Below, one piece after another: positions 50,401-64,000 of a stretch of DNA of 64,000 bases. The stretch comes from Thalia democratica (taxonomy: Eukaryota). A program made the position numbers and the translations under genes. Location: positions 67,642,001-67,706,000 of the forward strand of contig OZ241830.1 in assembly GCA_965202585.1 (NCBI GenBank). Reading direction: 5' to 3'. Every line of letters starts with the position of its first letter. Positions within the stretch are counted from its first letter, which is position 1. The notes under the pieces are model-generated. The model had not been told where the DNA came from, did not search any database, and saw only the letters and a list, made by a program, of their open reading frames with translations.

Positions 50401-53400
50401 AGAAACACACAAAAAGTTGTCTGGGATCAGTGATTAAACAAAGCAATTAAGTAAGCATTCAAAGTCTATTAGTGAATATATAAAGTAAATTAAAGTACAC
50501 TAGTTAATAAGTAGTGATGGTAGTAACAGCGCAAACCTTTGTATTTATTAGATTGCTAAATAATTACTTTACAATGAGACCAATTTAACTATCATGGATA
50601 AACTTTAGCTTAATAAGTTACATGACAAGTAAAGTGATATCCTTATATAAAACTGAAGTTAACAAGGACATAAACAATTTTTTACAATTTTAAAGTTTCA
50701 TTTGACAAAAATATAGTTACTACTTGAATCAAAGTAATTTTAACTGTTTAGATGAATCTCAAGTGGTTTTTAATTTTTGATTAATTTAAGTTTTATACTG
50801 TTTTTAAAAGGTTATCTAAGTAAAATCAATTTAAATAAGCAATTTAACTGACTATTGTTTAAATATATGCATAGAAAACAGTTCAATCATATAAGTAGAT
50901 TTGTCAATGTACACATTTAAAAGGTCTGTAGTTTCTTTCTTTTTATATTTGCTTTATTTTCTGTCATTAAAAAGTACACCTATCTATGAGGTTGATGAAC
51001 TGTTTTCCATGTATATGTAAAACATTAGGTACTTAACCAGGATGATGTAGTATCTGTATTCATTTGTTTTTGGGTTTTAACCCTAACTTAAACATGTAGT
51101 TTTAACAAAATAAAGGCATCTATAAGGTACGCATTCTAAGTATTACGCACTAGTTTTTTAATAACACTTTCTCTGTTATAAGTAAAGATTTTCTTTAAGT
51201 ACTACGCACCCGCATAAGGTACGCACTAAATTTTTAATAACACATTATTTGCATTAATTAAATAGGTTTTCTAAAATAAGGTACGCACCCGCATAAGGTA
51301 CGCACTAAATTTTTAATTACACATTATCTGCATTAATTAAACAGGTTTTCTAAAATAAGGTACGCACAAAATTTTTCAGGTCCCCCACCCATTTTTTCAA
51401 AAATGGGGATTCCCCCAAACCGAAAATGTGATGGGATTTTTTGATGGAGATTATTTAAATTTATTTTTGAAGGCATTTCGCCGGCTCCGCCGGCGAAAAA
51501 TTTTTCATCTTTTCCTTTTCTCTTTTTCTTTACGGCCTTTTTTCTTGAAGGCCCTCTTTTTCTGTCAAATAGACCGTAAGTAGCGTAACTGCCAAACAAA
51601 TATACGTTTATGCGTTATATTTGTACGGTCTTTATCTTTTATCTTTTACTAACCTTGAGCTTATGTGATCTAATTCATTGATGTGAAACCATTAAAGGCC
51701 TGACGGTAATATCGGTTATAATTTTTTAGTTATTGACTGAGTGGTTTTATATTGGTGAGTTTGAAAAGTAAGTTTAGGGTAGCGGACAAGAATTAAAAAA
51801 AACCTTCGCACCTGTCATCTCTCCGGCCTGCCCTTAGTTTTTTTTTAATTCTTGTCCTTTAGGCCCGGCCACTATGCTGGTCGGCACCCCTTTGAGTTAT
51901 GACTTGGATGTACGAGTTAACGTGCTAGTACTTCTAAGTCATAACTAAACTTTATTTTCACTATAAGTTATTAGATATAACAGACTAATTTCACTCTTTA
52001 GTTGTATGAAAGACAACAGATGTAAATTACTCATGAGCCACTTGTTTTAAATACTTCTACTAAAAATTTACGTCTTAACTTGTCCACATAAGATTAGGTA
52101 AATTTACAAATCATTTGCTTCAATTGTACAAACCTTTCGTTTTCTGCTTTTTTCCACATTAAATCCTTGAACTTTTTTATTTTACTACATTCTTGCGTCA
52201 TAATCCGGTAGTTTCATTGATTATAAATATATTGATAACTATTCTAGTAGTAGTTATGTATAATATTTATCGTATAAATATATGCAACTTATTTTTAAAA
52301 ACTATTTTTGCAAGTAGTTAAAAATCCTTAAGTAGCAATGGTAAACGTAAAGACAAAACTTTCTATCTAAAAATCATTTAGTTTTAACAAGTAACAGCTT
52401 AATTGTGTATGTACTAAATTTAATAATGTAAATATCTAATATTTTTTATAAGTTTAAGTAAATAAAAGTTACTTTACATACTAACTATAGACCTTAACGT
52501 ATTACCAATAAATATTTCAGGTTTTAGTCATATTAGATTTGTTTTTATGTATTTGTTTTTAATTTGTTAACTAAACCGTTCATTTCGTAACAATATTTAC
52601 TATTGTTAAACAAATACAGTTTATGTTTACGTTTTCTATAGCTACGTTAATTGTATTTAATACATACAATCAGTGGTTCTTTAAATTATTGAGTCTTTAA
52701 AAAAACATATTTTGTTTAACAATTTTTTATGTGGAAAGTAATGACTAATGTTCTTTTATTTTTGATATATTTTAACTTGTTTGCTAACTTACTTGGTTTT
52801 TATAGTTAGTACTCTCAGGTTAGTTCTCGGTTGAATTAAGCATGTCATATTTCATGTCGGGATACTGCATTATTTTTGTTATATGTTTGTTTTTTGTAAG
52901 TCATAAATAAACTTGACGCTTCGTATACCTTATTCATTCAAAGTCATGACCCTTTCTGTCAAACTACTTTCTTAACTAATTCAATAAACAAAGTCATATT
53001 CCAGATTAAACTCGCTTTTTCGATATTAAATTTAATAGGGTTGATTCTTATATACTTTGATTAGTTTAAGTATGTTAAAGTAGCTGCGATTCTAATTTTA
53101 TGATTAAATTTTTATTAAGCTCTAAGTTCCTAGGTTTCACAAACTAATTTTTTAAATGTCCACTTGGCACAAGTAACAAAAAACTCCTTACTGTTGATTA
53201 TACATTTACTTTTTCGGTTCCTCACTTTATTATTGATTGTTGCCCCTGTACAGAGCGATATTGTCTATTTTCTGGAACCTAGAATCCTGGAAAAACCCTG
53301 AGTTTCGAACCAAAATTAATAAAAACATTAATTTTTAATACGAATTTTTGTATTACCAAAATATAATTTCGTTATATAACACACTAGGAGTAGCTTTACA

Positions 53401-55969
53401 GTATCTTCACAATGTTGTTATGCAATTAAAGACATATTATTTTACTTAGATTTAACTTTTAAGGACCAACTAAGATTGGACCAAAAAACTTGTTTTTAAA
53501 AAACCTAAAATAAATTTACATAAAACATTTAGTATTTCCACAATTAAGATTGTTAATTGAATGTTCTACTATTGCCAATCTCTTCATAGCATTTCTTACT
53601 GCTAAGCTCTTAATATTTTGTTTATCACCAATAAAAGACAATATTCTCTTAATATTTTCAAAATATACTAATCTTCGATCTACAGTCAGTTATTAGTGTT
53701 TTGTTATTAACTATCATGTTTTTGTGCTTGTTTTTATGGACATTTAAACCTTATGTCTCAAACAATACTTGTTCAAAGTTCATTCTAGTTTCACGATTTG
53801 TATAAGTCTTCTTAGTTTTGTATACTTTTAATGAGCATCTGTTTAATTTATTTTTTATTTATAAAAACTAGATATAAATTTCGTGCTTGTTTGGAATTTT
53901 TATATTTTAAAATAATAAAGAAATTTTATTTTATCTGTGTAATAATGTAAGTTACGCATTTAAAGTAAGGTACGCCTCTGGGCTTTATGTATTTCAGTAC
54001 GATCACAAGTTTAGTTTTAGCTATCAAATTAATCAATTGATTCATTGTTAATGATTTGTTAGTTCATTCTTCAATCTTTTTGTTTTTCTACATAAACTTT
54101 GTTTTTTTTTGACACTGTTTCAGTTTGAATATAAAGTATTTCTTAAATACAAACTTTGATGTGTGTAGATTTTCTTACTGTTTATAAAATAAACTAATTT
54201 TCAAACTACAATCAGCTTTTAGTATTTTATCATTGTTGCGCTAATTTGTATGATTCTTTTCAACCTTATTTCTTTATATTTTAATTATTTTTTTTAAACT
54301 TTAACTCTTACATTACAATTACAGTTCGAGTATACTTCCTTTAAAGCTATGAGAGTTTTTCAGTCTAGTTTTACGATATGTATAAGTCTCCTTAGTTTTT
54401 TATATAATTTTGAAGATGAATTGATTATTTTATACTTAAAAGTTTATTAATAAAAAAGTTCTAATTGTTGTGCTTGTTTGGCATTTTTATATTTAAAAAT
54501 AGTGAAGAAATTTTATTTTATCTATCTAAAAATATGATAGGGTATCTTAAAACTGAGGTACACTTCTGAGCCTTATGTAATTCTGCCTAATGATATTTTA
54601 ATTTTAATACATCCATCAGTTAATTTATGTGTTATATGGTATAAGTCTTACCAACTGAAACTAAGTTTAAATGGAAAAATATATATTTATTCAACTAAAT
54701 TTTATGCATTATAGTTTTAGTAAAAATGTAAGTTCGTTGCTAATATATATATGAGTATATATTCTTATAATATTAACTTAATATTTTTTTTATCGTCAAC
54801 CTTTTATTAGCTTCTCTACTATTGATAAGTCTTCTGGTTGTCACTAATATGAAATACATTAGAATTAACTAAATGTTCCGTTAAAAGTAATAAAACGTCA
54901 GCATTCATGGTAAGCAAGATAATTTACTATAATTAGACTTTATGTGAACGTTTTCCGTTATATAAGTATTGGTTTAAAAAATAACAAAGCTCTGGGATAA
55001 ATTGGGACATAGTTTCAACTAATGATTTGTTTTACAAAAGTTCAACAAAGTTGAAATTGGATTCATTGTCATAATTTAAATTATGTTTAATTGTTTTCTT
55101 CTAATGGCTGTTTAAAAAAAATCTTTGGTTTCTCTTAAAGTAATTCTATTGTTTACATATAGGTCTAGTTCGTAACTATATTTTAGTTTTGTTGTTTCGT
55201 AATTGTATATGTAGAACGAAGTTAAGTAAAGACTAATGATTTATTGGACTAATTTTACTCTGACGTTGTTTAAAAGAGATAAAGCCCGTACAAGTTGCTC
55301 ATTTTTTTTTTCTAGTTTTGTGCAACCGATATCTAAGCCACAAAATATTTAAGTTGTTCACTGTAGTCGTTATTATTATTAAGCATAATGTATCGTTGGA
55401 ACCTTTAATTGTTACTTAAATAGACACTGAGCTAAACTTTTCCATATAGCTATTTTGGTCTCCTTCATAAAAATGTATAGTTACACCTTAGTTTGTACTC
55501 ATAAAACGTGGCCATTTTTAAAAATCTAACAAACAAATTACTGTCTTTTTCATGAAATTTCGGTATTTTTATATATTCATAATTATTGCGTCATAATTTT
55601 GTATAGTCTCATTATTTATAAATTAGAATTTTACATTACCACAAGTTGTGGACACATAGTAAGTGTCAGATGTTTTTTAGTTTTAAAATGTTTTGTACTT
55701 TATTAGCGAAGTATACATGTATAATAAATAATTAATAACATGTTTTTTAAATAAAATTCTTGTATTAAAACATATATGGTAATCAAATAGTAATATTTTA
55801 TTGCCTGATCTCGTTTGCTTTAGTTCAAACTAGTGAAACATTGTTTTGTTAATAAACAATTGAATTGATTATTCTCCATATCAATTAATCAAAAACTTTC
55901 ATTGTGATACCCAATACTTTTTTGATGCTAATAATTACTTTTTGTGTTTATTGTAAAATTTAGATCATT

Positions 55970-56253
55970 CAGGGTTGCCAAAAAACCTTGAATTTGTGAA
56001 ATTTTGAATAAATCTTGGAATTTTAAACAATTTTTGCATGTTAAGTAGTAAAATCTTGGTTCGACGCGAATAATCTATCAAATGTATAAATACTTTTTGT
56101 CATCATTATTTTTGTATTTTAAAATACATTTAAAGTAGCTTCACAGTAATGTTGTGTTACTGTTTAACACAGTATTTTACCTTAAACTTAACTTTTAAAG
56201 AAATATAGACCAATAAACGTGTAAAACCTAGAAAAAATCCTGTGACAACCCTG
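55970..56253. mobile_element. CAGGG-terminal MITE (hAT-like)
   Basis: CAGGGTTGCCA...TGACAACCCTG; flanks ATCATT / ATCATA. Confidence 0.8.
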
Positions 56254-59200
56254 ATCATAAATCTTGATTTATTTAAATTAATTTCGATATTAAACAATTA
56301 TTGTTGTTTGTTTTCCTACCAATTTAATTTGATAGAGCAGTGTTTCTTAATTAAACAGTTTTGTTCATGTAATTTTGTACATTCGTGATTACATACACTT
56401 ATTCTCAACGAGATTAAAATCATATCTAGTTTCCTATTCTTAGTTGGTAGTACATTTTTTTGTTCGTATTACTGTAATATTAATTAAAGTTTTGTTTAAC
56501 TATGGTTTCTTTTAAATCAATCTAATGTATACATCTGTATATTTTCTCATATTCTCCTATAATTTTCAAAGTATACTGATTTAAAAAAAGTTCTTAGTAT
56601 TTAATCATTAATTATCATCTTGTTTATATGATTATTTCCAATTTTATTCTTTAAACAACATTTATTTAACTTAAACTTAAAGATAATAATTACAGTTCGA
56701 ATATACTTCTTATATAACGGCTTTGTGATTTTTTTAGTCTTAGTTTCACGTCCTTTAAAGTTTATCATGTCTTCTACAACCAAAAATTAAATGTGCCTCT
56801 AAATTTAAAAACTAAACAATAGCTAGCTTAACTTATGTTTTTGTTATAATCGAACAATTTAAGGCCAGTTCAAAAACTATTTATAAGTTTTGGAGTCTTG
56901 TTTAGTTATTGTTAAAAGTAATTTTGATAACTCCATTTAAAGCTAAGTTTTTTTTTGTCTATCATACGTAATGGTCTTGTCTAAGTTGTACTTTTGGCAA
57001 ATATGTCAATAAAGTTGAAAAAAATAAATATAAGTATTACTTTTTAAGTCTTATAAAATCTAAACTGTTTGGTTTAACAATGCCTCAAACTTTCATACAT
57101 GTTTCCATAACTAAAAAAGTTAACTAAATATTATGTTTTGTTTCCCATCTTTTCTTAATGGTTCTAAATATTCATACTTCTTCTGTTTATCACCAATATA
57201 AAACTCAATGGAGTTAGGCAAATATTTCTTAGTTCTTGTTTTTATATGTTTTCCAAATGTAACCACTTCGCTGTAGCATTCATTGTTGACAATGTAGTTT
57301 TTTCTATTGTTATTGGGCCGTTTTCCATTCGCTAAGTACTGGCTTATAGTTTAACAAAACCTGGAATTAGTTCAAAAATGTCTTTTACTAATGATTTATT
57401 TCCACTCATAAAAAATATATCATATTTTAGTTAATGTTTCATTGATGTTACTATAGAATTTTTTAAAGTTTGTGCAAAAAAATGTTTGTATGGTTTCTTA
57501 TGAACTTATTCTAATGTTTATTTGTAAGTCTAGTTTGTTATTATACTTTAAATTTCTTACTACATTAAATTATACTTCGATAAATTTTGGTTTAAAAGTT
57601 GTTCCCGGGTTGAAAAGTATGTTTTACTCGTGATTTATTTCACCTTAACAAGACTAAAGTCTGATCCAGTTTTATATATTTAATTAACATCGTTTTGTTG
57701 TTGTTACAGTAAAGTTATTTTAAGGTTTATTTTAAATGAATCTACGGGTTCTTTTTAATTAATATTGTTTGTGTATAAGTCTAGTTTGTTGTTATATTAT
57801 GTTTTTTTGTTTCTTAATTTAGTTCTACTTCTTGCCCAAGGTTAAGTAAAGACTAAATGTAATTATATATACTTATAACTAAAATATATGTTGTATGCTT
57901 TGAAAATCTTTAAGGGTTGTTAAAGGTAGGATAATTATTGATTTATAAGTGAATAAAACTCTTGGGTTAAATAAAATATATGTTTCACTCTTATCGACAT
58001 TAAAATGTATCAATTTTCATATTTTTATGATTTCTTATGACTGTCGAGTTATTTAAAATTTTGTTCAATCTGAACTAATAGCGTTTGTTATTGAGAGTTA
58101 ATGTTATTTCGTTTTTAATTCTACTAACAGCCCAAAGCTAACTGAATACTAATCAGAGTTTTATCATTTATTTTAACAGATAGGTTTAAACTAAAAGTAA
58201 AGCTTAATGTTTTATAGTATATATCCTTGGTGTTTTATTATGATTGATTAAGTTTCATTGTAGACAACCTTGGTATTATTCTATAAGTAACACAAAAGTT
58301 TTGCATCGTAGTTTAGTTTATCAATATTTATTGTAATTATAATAGTTAAATTATTTTATGGTATTTAATAAGTCTCATAAATAGCAAATATCTTGTAGAC
58401 GGTTTGTTTATCATTTATAAGTTGTTCATGTCACTATTTTAGATTAATTACAATTAGACATACTACGTGTTGTTTGTTTTACTTAAAATTTATAAGCCAT
58501 TACGCCAACTAATTCTTATTTTGAGGTTGTTATATTTAGTTATATTTCAACAATAATTTTAATATCTCAAATAATTTATTTTTTAAAGGGTATTGGTTTA
58601 GAGTAGAACATAACTGTGAGATTAGTTGTGAATTATGTCATATTCGTATTTAAACATACCTTCTTCTAACAATATTGAAATTAGATCCAATTTTGTATTT
58701 TAGTTGGTAGTTCATTATTTTGTTCGTATTACTGTAAAATTAATTAAAACTTTGTTTGAAAAATATTTTTTATTGTTTCTCTAAAATTAATAGCGTTTGT
58801 TTATAAGTCAAAAACGGTAATTTATTTCTATTTTGTTGTTTCGTTAGTTAGTTCTACTTCTATCCCGCTACATTCATTATTAGTATTTTATTATCAATCA
58901 TCATCATGTTGTGTTGGTTTGTATGATTGTTTCAACCTTATCTCTTAAACAATACTTATTTTACCTTCACGAAATGAACGCAGTTCAAATACACTTCCTG
59001 TTTAAAATCTTTATGACTTATTCAGTCCACTTTCATGGTATATATCATTTTTATTTGATATCTATTAATCTAAAAATAGCTAGCTTAACTTTAGTTTTTT
59101 TATTTTTATTAGATATTCAGGCCTTATTGTAAAATATCAATTTGTCCGCAATTTTTATCCTTATATCTTCCTTAGGGTTTGCTTTGTTATATAATGTGAA

Positions 59201-59551
59201 ACTTTTTTTTTGTTAGTTATATCTTGTTAGTTTTCGTATATATATTGAAAATCAAGCTTGAACACTTTGTATTCCTTTTTTCAGCTGTTAAAACAATTTT
59301 TTAATCTTTTCTGTACCAGTCCATTGTTTTATGTTTTTTATTTCCTACTTACTGAGTATATTTCTTTCAAGTTTAATTTTAGCAACTTCTAAGGTTTTTC
59401 AATAAATATTGAAATAATCTCTGTGATAAACCAGCAATTCATTTATTTTCTTTCTAAAGTTTTTTAGTAGTTTAATTTTTAAGCAACTTCGTTAATTACT
59501 ACAATTGTATAATAAGCAAAATTCTTTTAAAGTTCCAAAGTAGTATATAAA

Positions 59552-59901
59552 CAGGGTTGCAAAAAGACTTGAAAACCTGGAATTTGACAATTTGGGTTAA
59601 AAAACTCTTGAAAAACCTAGAATTTTGAACTAAAATCATTAAAAAACCTGTAAAAATCTGAAAGTTTTAAAATATATAAGGACTTTTTTATGTTAAGTAT
59701 TGAAAATTTTATCAAATACGATTCGTATAAAAAAAAATTATATATCATTTCAAAAATTATTTATTTAAATTTTCTTTATAGTGCGTTGTTTTACTAGTTA
59801 AAACAGTTATTCAGCCTTAATTTTAATTTGTACTAAAAATGAGCAAAAACTCTTGTTAATAAAAAAACCTGGAAGAAATTTTCAAAATTTTGGTAACCCT
59901 G
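59552..59901. mobile_element. CAGGG-terminal MITE (hAT-like)
   Basis: CAGGGTTGC...GTAACCCTG; TATAAA on both flanks. Confidence 0.8.
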
Positions 59902-60952
59902 TATAAATCGTTTTTTTGTATCGTGGTTTTTAGTATTACTTTCTGGATATTGACTACAAGTTATACATATTTGTAGTAAATAATCCGGCTGTCATACTCT
60001 AAATCAAGTTCAACAATTACATGAAATAATTCAGAGTGACGTTGTTGTTTTATGTTTCCTTGAATTAATCTTGTTTGTTCGCTGTATCGTCGCCTGTTCA
60101 AACTCCATGTCTAAAACATTGTAAGTTTTTATTTTGTGTTATTAAAAACACTTAGAACTAGTCTCTTGCCTAAATTAAAGCAAGTTCAAACATTCATTTT
60201 AAGACTTTTCTAGCCCTTAGATTTTACTTTGTTTTTGTTAAATTACTTGCATTAGCTGAGTAACTTTAAAACTTAGTTTAACCGTTGAATTTATGTAAAC
60301 TGTCACTTTTTCACATCTTTCAAATACATGTAGTATCTCAATTAATTTTTGATTACTACTTACAGTTCATTTTGAATATATTTGATATATTTTTTACAAT
60401 GTTTTGTATATTCGACCATAACTTTTTATCTACATTTTTGACTATACACTAAATTTTTTAAACTTGCTCTAAATTTTATTTTCAGTGCTTATTAAACAAT
60501 AATTTTGATTTATCATTCTAAATGTGAAATTCACCCATTTTTTATGCGATTTTTTAATAAATCCAATAATCAAAATTTTCCTGTCCAGTCCACTTTTACT
60601 CTACAAAATTTTGAAAACATCGAAGTTTCAACGATAAAGACGTAATAATAAAAACATTGATAATGGTATGATAGTATTCGTATTACTAGTAAAAGTTTAA
60701 ACTTAAAGTTTTCCATCATCTGTAAAAAACCTTGATATCCAGTCTGACAACTGTGCTACAATATAGCAAGTTGACGAAAACATCAGTTAGAAAAAGAACA
60801 AGTAGTGTTAAGTAAAGTTGCTAGATTACAAAAAATTGAATTTGCACGTGTTTTAAATACATTTGGCTTTAATCTGATTAAAACCTGACAACAACGCTTA
60901 AAAGCTTCAACAAAAAAAATTGCAGTTTTATTTAAGAAGTTTCTCTAACAAA

Positions 60953-61227
60953 TCAGTCACAGTCTTCGTAAATATAGTTTTGTGGTTGCTCATCACAAAC
61001 ATAGTCGTAGTCATTCGGTTGTAAATACGGATTTTGATTGGAGTTTATCGGGTTTAAGTATGCCGGCTCTTGTTGCTCGTAACTTTTTTGCGTCAAAAAA
61101 AGTCTTTGTTTTTTAAGCTCATGTTTCTCGTAACTTTTGGGTGTTAGATATTGCGACTCCGGTTGTACAGTTTATTCAACTAGAAATGCGATCAGCCAAA
61201 TGGTTCATAACCTCCTTTTCAAATTAT
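60953..61227 (-). pseudogene. Tyrosine-motif-rich terminal exon relic (receptor/adaptor tail-like)
   Basis: Open frame 61171-60953: TVQPESQYLTPKSYEKHELKKQRLFLTQKSYEQQEPAYLNPINSNQNPYLQPNDYDYVCDEQPQNYIYEDCD*. Upstream GGYEPF lies in a shifted frame; acceptor-like TAATAACAG at ~61228. Confidence 0.6.
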
Positions 61228-63593
61228 CTGTTATTAAAAATATTTATATTTGTTGTGCTACTGACCTAGGTTATTATATATATATAAAAAGTTCTTGATT
61301 TAAAAAAAAAGACTTAAGGATTTAGATAAAAGTTATTTCAACCTATAAATTTTAAATATATGATAGAATAAATCACAACTTAAAACGAATTAATATAATT
61401 GTCCTCTTATAAACATATCAAGTTAATTCTACAAGTACAAGTAACCGTGTCCTGTATACAAAATTAAGAAAATATAGAATATTAAGTAGAGTGACTTAAT
61501 AATTAAAATATTGATATTATGATTGATAGTATACTAGTATGTATTACTACTAGTATTAATAGTATAATAGTATCTAGCTGGTATTAATACTGAAAAAACT
61601 TATAAGTTTTCCAACATTTGTAGAAATACTTGACATATGTAAAGCCTGACAACTGTGCTGCAAACTATTAAAATACGACAGTTAATAAAAACCTTATTAA
61701 GATGAAAACAAGTACTGTTAAGTAAGGTTGCCATATTTTTAAAAAACTGATTTTGTACGTTTTTTGAATACGTTTGGTTTTAGACGATTAAGTTCTGGCA
61801 ACTACGCTTTAAAGCTTCAACTTAAAAGTTTTGGTTTGTTGCCTATGTTGCCTAAAAATAATAGTCAAGTTGTATTTCTATTTATTTTTGTCAAGATAGT
61901 TAAAAGTTACTTTCTTTGTTGTTGAAACTTTTTTTCGTTTAAACCTTTAGCAAAATTGTACTTATTTCCGATAGGGAAAGCTAATTCTTACGAATTTTAG
62001 AACATCGTGAAACAATGTGAACAGTCTAACAGCCATTCAGTTTTCAATAACTGCAATTGTACTACACCTGATGAGTATGTAATTCAACAGTTTCTGTTTT
62101 TATTAATTATGTTTACCTAATATACTCCTATTAGTTTTTATAAGGTTAAGAGTTTATTATAAGTTTTAAACGATAGTTTTTATGAGTAACTAACTAGTAC
62201 ATTTTTTTATATTCAAGCTAATTATAACTTTAGCTGTAAAACTATGAATTGTAGTTAAAAATATTATTACATCAATAGCTGACTTATACTAACAGTTTTT
62301 AAATGATTAAAATATACTTTAAGAGGCTGACCCTGTTTTCCATTTGTTTTAATTCTTATTTTAAATCAGTATTTAGTTTGTATTTGTATAAAATTAAAGT
62401 TTACAATATTATAAGTGTTCTAGTCCGCACACCGGCACGATTTTTGATAGAAATTAACTGTTTTTTTTAAATTGATATTCTGTGAGCTATTATAAAAATA
62501 AGATTATAAACAATAAAACAACTTTGTTACTATGATAAAGATCATGTAAAGGTTGAAATATTGTAAACAAATATTGTAGTTTAACAAATGTTATCAAATT
62601 CAACTCGTGATCTCGGAGTATATTCAGTATATTGATTTGCTTTTTTCTTTTAGGCACATGTATCAACTGAGCTTGATGTACTCCGGGCTACTTGGGTCTC
62701 TAGCTTTATTTGAAACCACCTCTGTAAGAGGTTCGGCAGTTTCGACAGGAGCCAGATTCGCAATAGCATCGGGCCATCTTTATCTTTAGTTGCTACCTCT
62801 GTCTGCGACCGAATGCGAGAGGGTTTAAGAGCTAATAGCTTCTTCATTTTACTTATAAGATTAGTTTAAATATAGACCAACAAGTATCTATATGCTTTAT
62901 TATAAAACAAAATAAAAGGCACATTAAGAAATGTGTACTACTTTAGAAGGCTTTTTGCAGTTCGCGATTCTAGTTTTGCTGTAACAAATGGTTGCTCGTA
63001 CAGTTTACTGGTTCAGAACGTAGGGACTTATACTTCCTCGTTGACACCGGCTGAAGAGCGCGCGAGATGAAAAGATACAATACTGAAATTAAGAAGAGAA
63101 AGATAGATGCAATAAATTTATGCCACCGAATGTGTGGGCTTATACGTAGAGTTCAATGTTCAAATTGACCCAAACTGGAATTTGTTGCTGGAGGACAGTT
63201 TGTCTGCTACATTATGCGTAAACTTATGAGTATGGCACGTTAACAACTCAAATCGACGTTGCTAAAGTAGGTATACAAAATGTGTATAGAAGAAGGTATA
63301 AAAACTACGAAGTTATGAAGTAAAGTGCAAAGTAAATGTTTTAAAAAAGCAAATACTTGAATAAGAAGGTTTTGGCGGAGATCATATAGATTTTCCCAGA
63401 TGGCAGCTTATGCTCAAAGCGTCAAGAGAGGTTTTGACGGGGATCAGCTAGATTTCCAAAATGGCGGCTTACGCTCAAAGCGCTAAGTGACGTAAAGCTG
63501 CTTTCTTCTTGACATGAAATCGGTAAAACTTGCTATTTCATTCGCTCGGCTGCTTATTTACACCTCGATTAAATAACAGTTGCGCATGATAAA

Positions 63594-64000
63594 TATACTA
63601 ATCATTATGAATATAAAGTTTAATCTACCTCAAGTTAAACAATTTACGAGATACCCCATTATCAAGTATCACAAAATATACTTGAAATTTAAATTAAATT
63701 ACAAACGAGATTCATTAAAATTACTTTAACCAAATTTTTTAAATAAAAATATACTAATAATTACAAATATAAAGTTTAATTTAGACCTCAAGTTAATTCA
63801 ATTACGAGAAGCTGAAACAATCAAGCATCTCAAAAAAAACTTGAAATTTAAATTAAATTACAAACGAGATTCATTCAAATTGTTTTAAGCACAATTTCTT
63901 GATAGAAATGTACTAATCATTATAAGTATAAAGTTCAATTTAGATCTCAAGTTAAACGAATTACGAGAAGCTGAAACAATCAAACATCACAAAATATATA
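63594..64000. repeat. ~157-bp tandem repeat, at least 3 units
   Basis: Unit starts at ~63594, 63750 and 63909; continues to the window end. Confidence 0.9.

Larger units (their letters stand above)
52200..62850 (-). pseudogene. Array of decayed paralogous coding modules (unit 2 version, different arrangement)
   Basis: Same module families as 23.4-31.8 kb (e.g. NECY...IK.RT at ~57.25k vs ~28.4k; LGQ.VE.N at ~57.8k vs ~28.65k) but not colinear until ~61445. Confidence 0.55.
32876..64000. repeat. Large tandem segmental repeat, unit 2 (truncated by window end)
   Basis: Colinear with unit 1 except for the kelch region deletion/rearrangement and the 52.2-61.4 kb interval. Confidence 0.95.

Overview
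AT-rich eukaryotic (probably invertebrate metazoan) genomic DNA; no prokaryotic operons or CRISPR arrays. The window is two head-to-tail copies of a ~31-33 kb unit (unit 1 = 1-~32875; unit 2 = ~32876-64000, cut by the window end). Colinear blocks by eye: 1-2170/32876-35060, 6642-23400/35251-52200 and 30420-32870/61445-64000. The ~23.4-30.4 kb and ~52.2-61.4 kb intervals are related but not colinear. Each unit carries, in order: a minimal type I hammerhead-ribozyme motif; a tRNA-like SINE head; BACK-Kelch gene copies (three in the window, each with a different lesion); nine phase-consistent minus-strand exons encoding only the C-terminal ~480 aa of the TFIIIC subunit GTF3C3/Tfc4, with no recognisable N-terminal TPR exons in either unit; several non-autonomous DNA transposons (a pogo/Tigger deletion derivative with a CENP-B-type HTH remnant, CAGGG-ended MITEs, a TTAA-flanked MITE, a foldback element); a long minus-strand array of decayed, internally paralogous coding modules (unit 2 also has a tyrosine-motif-rich terminal-exon relic); and tandem 62-bp and ~157-bp repeats at the unit end. 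All alignments, translations and counts were done by eye without tools. The two units may be a real segmental duplication or two haplotypes assembled in tandem.
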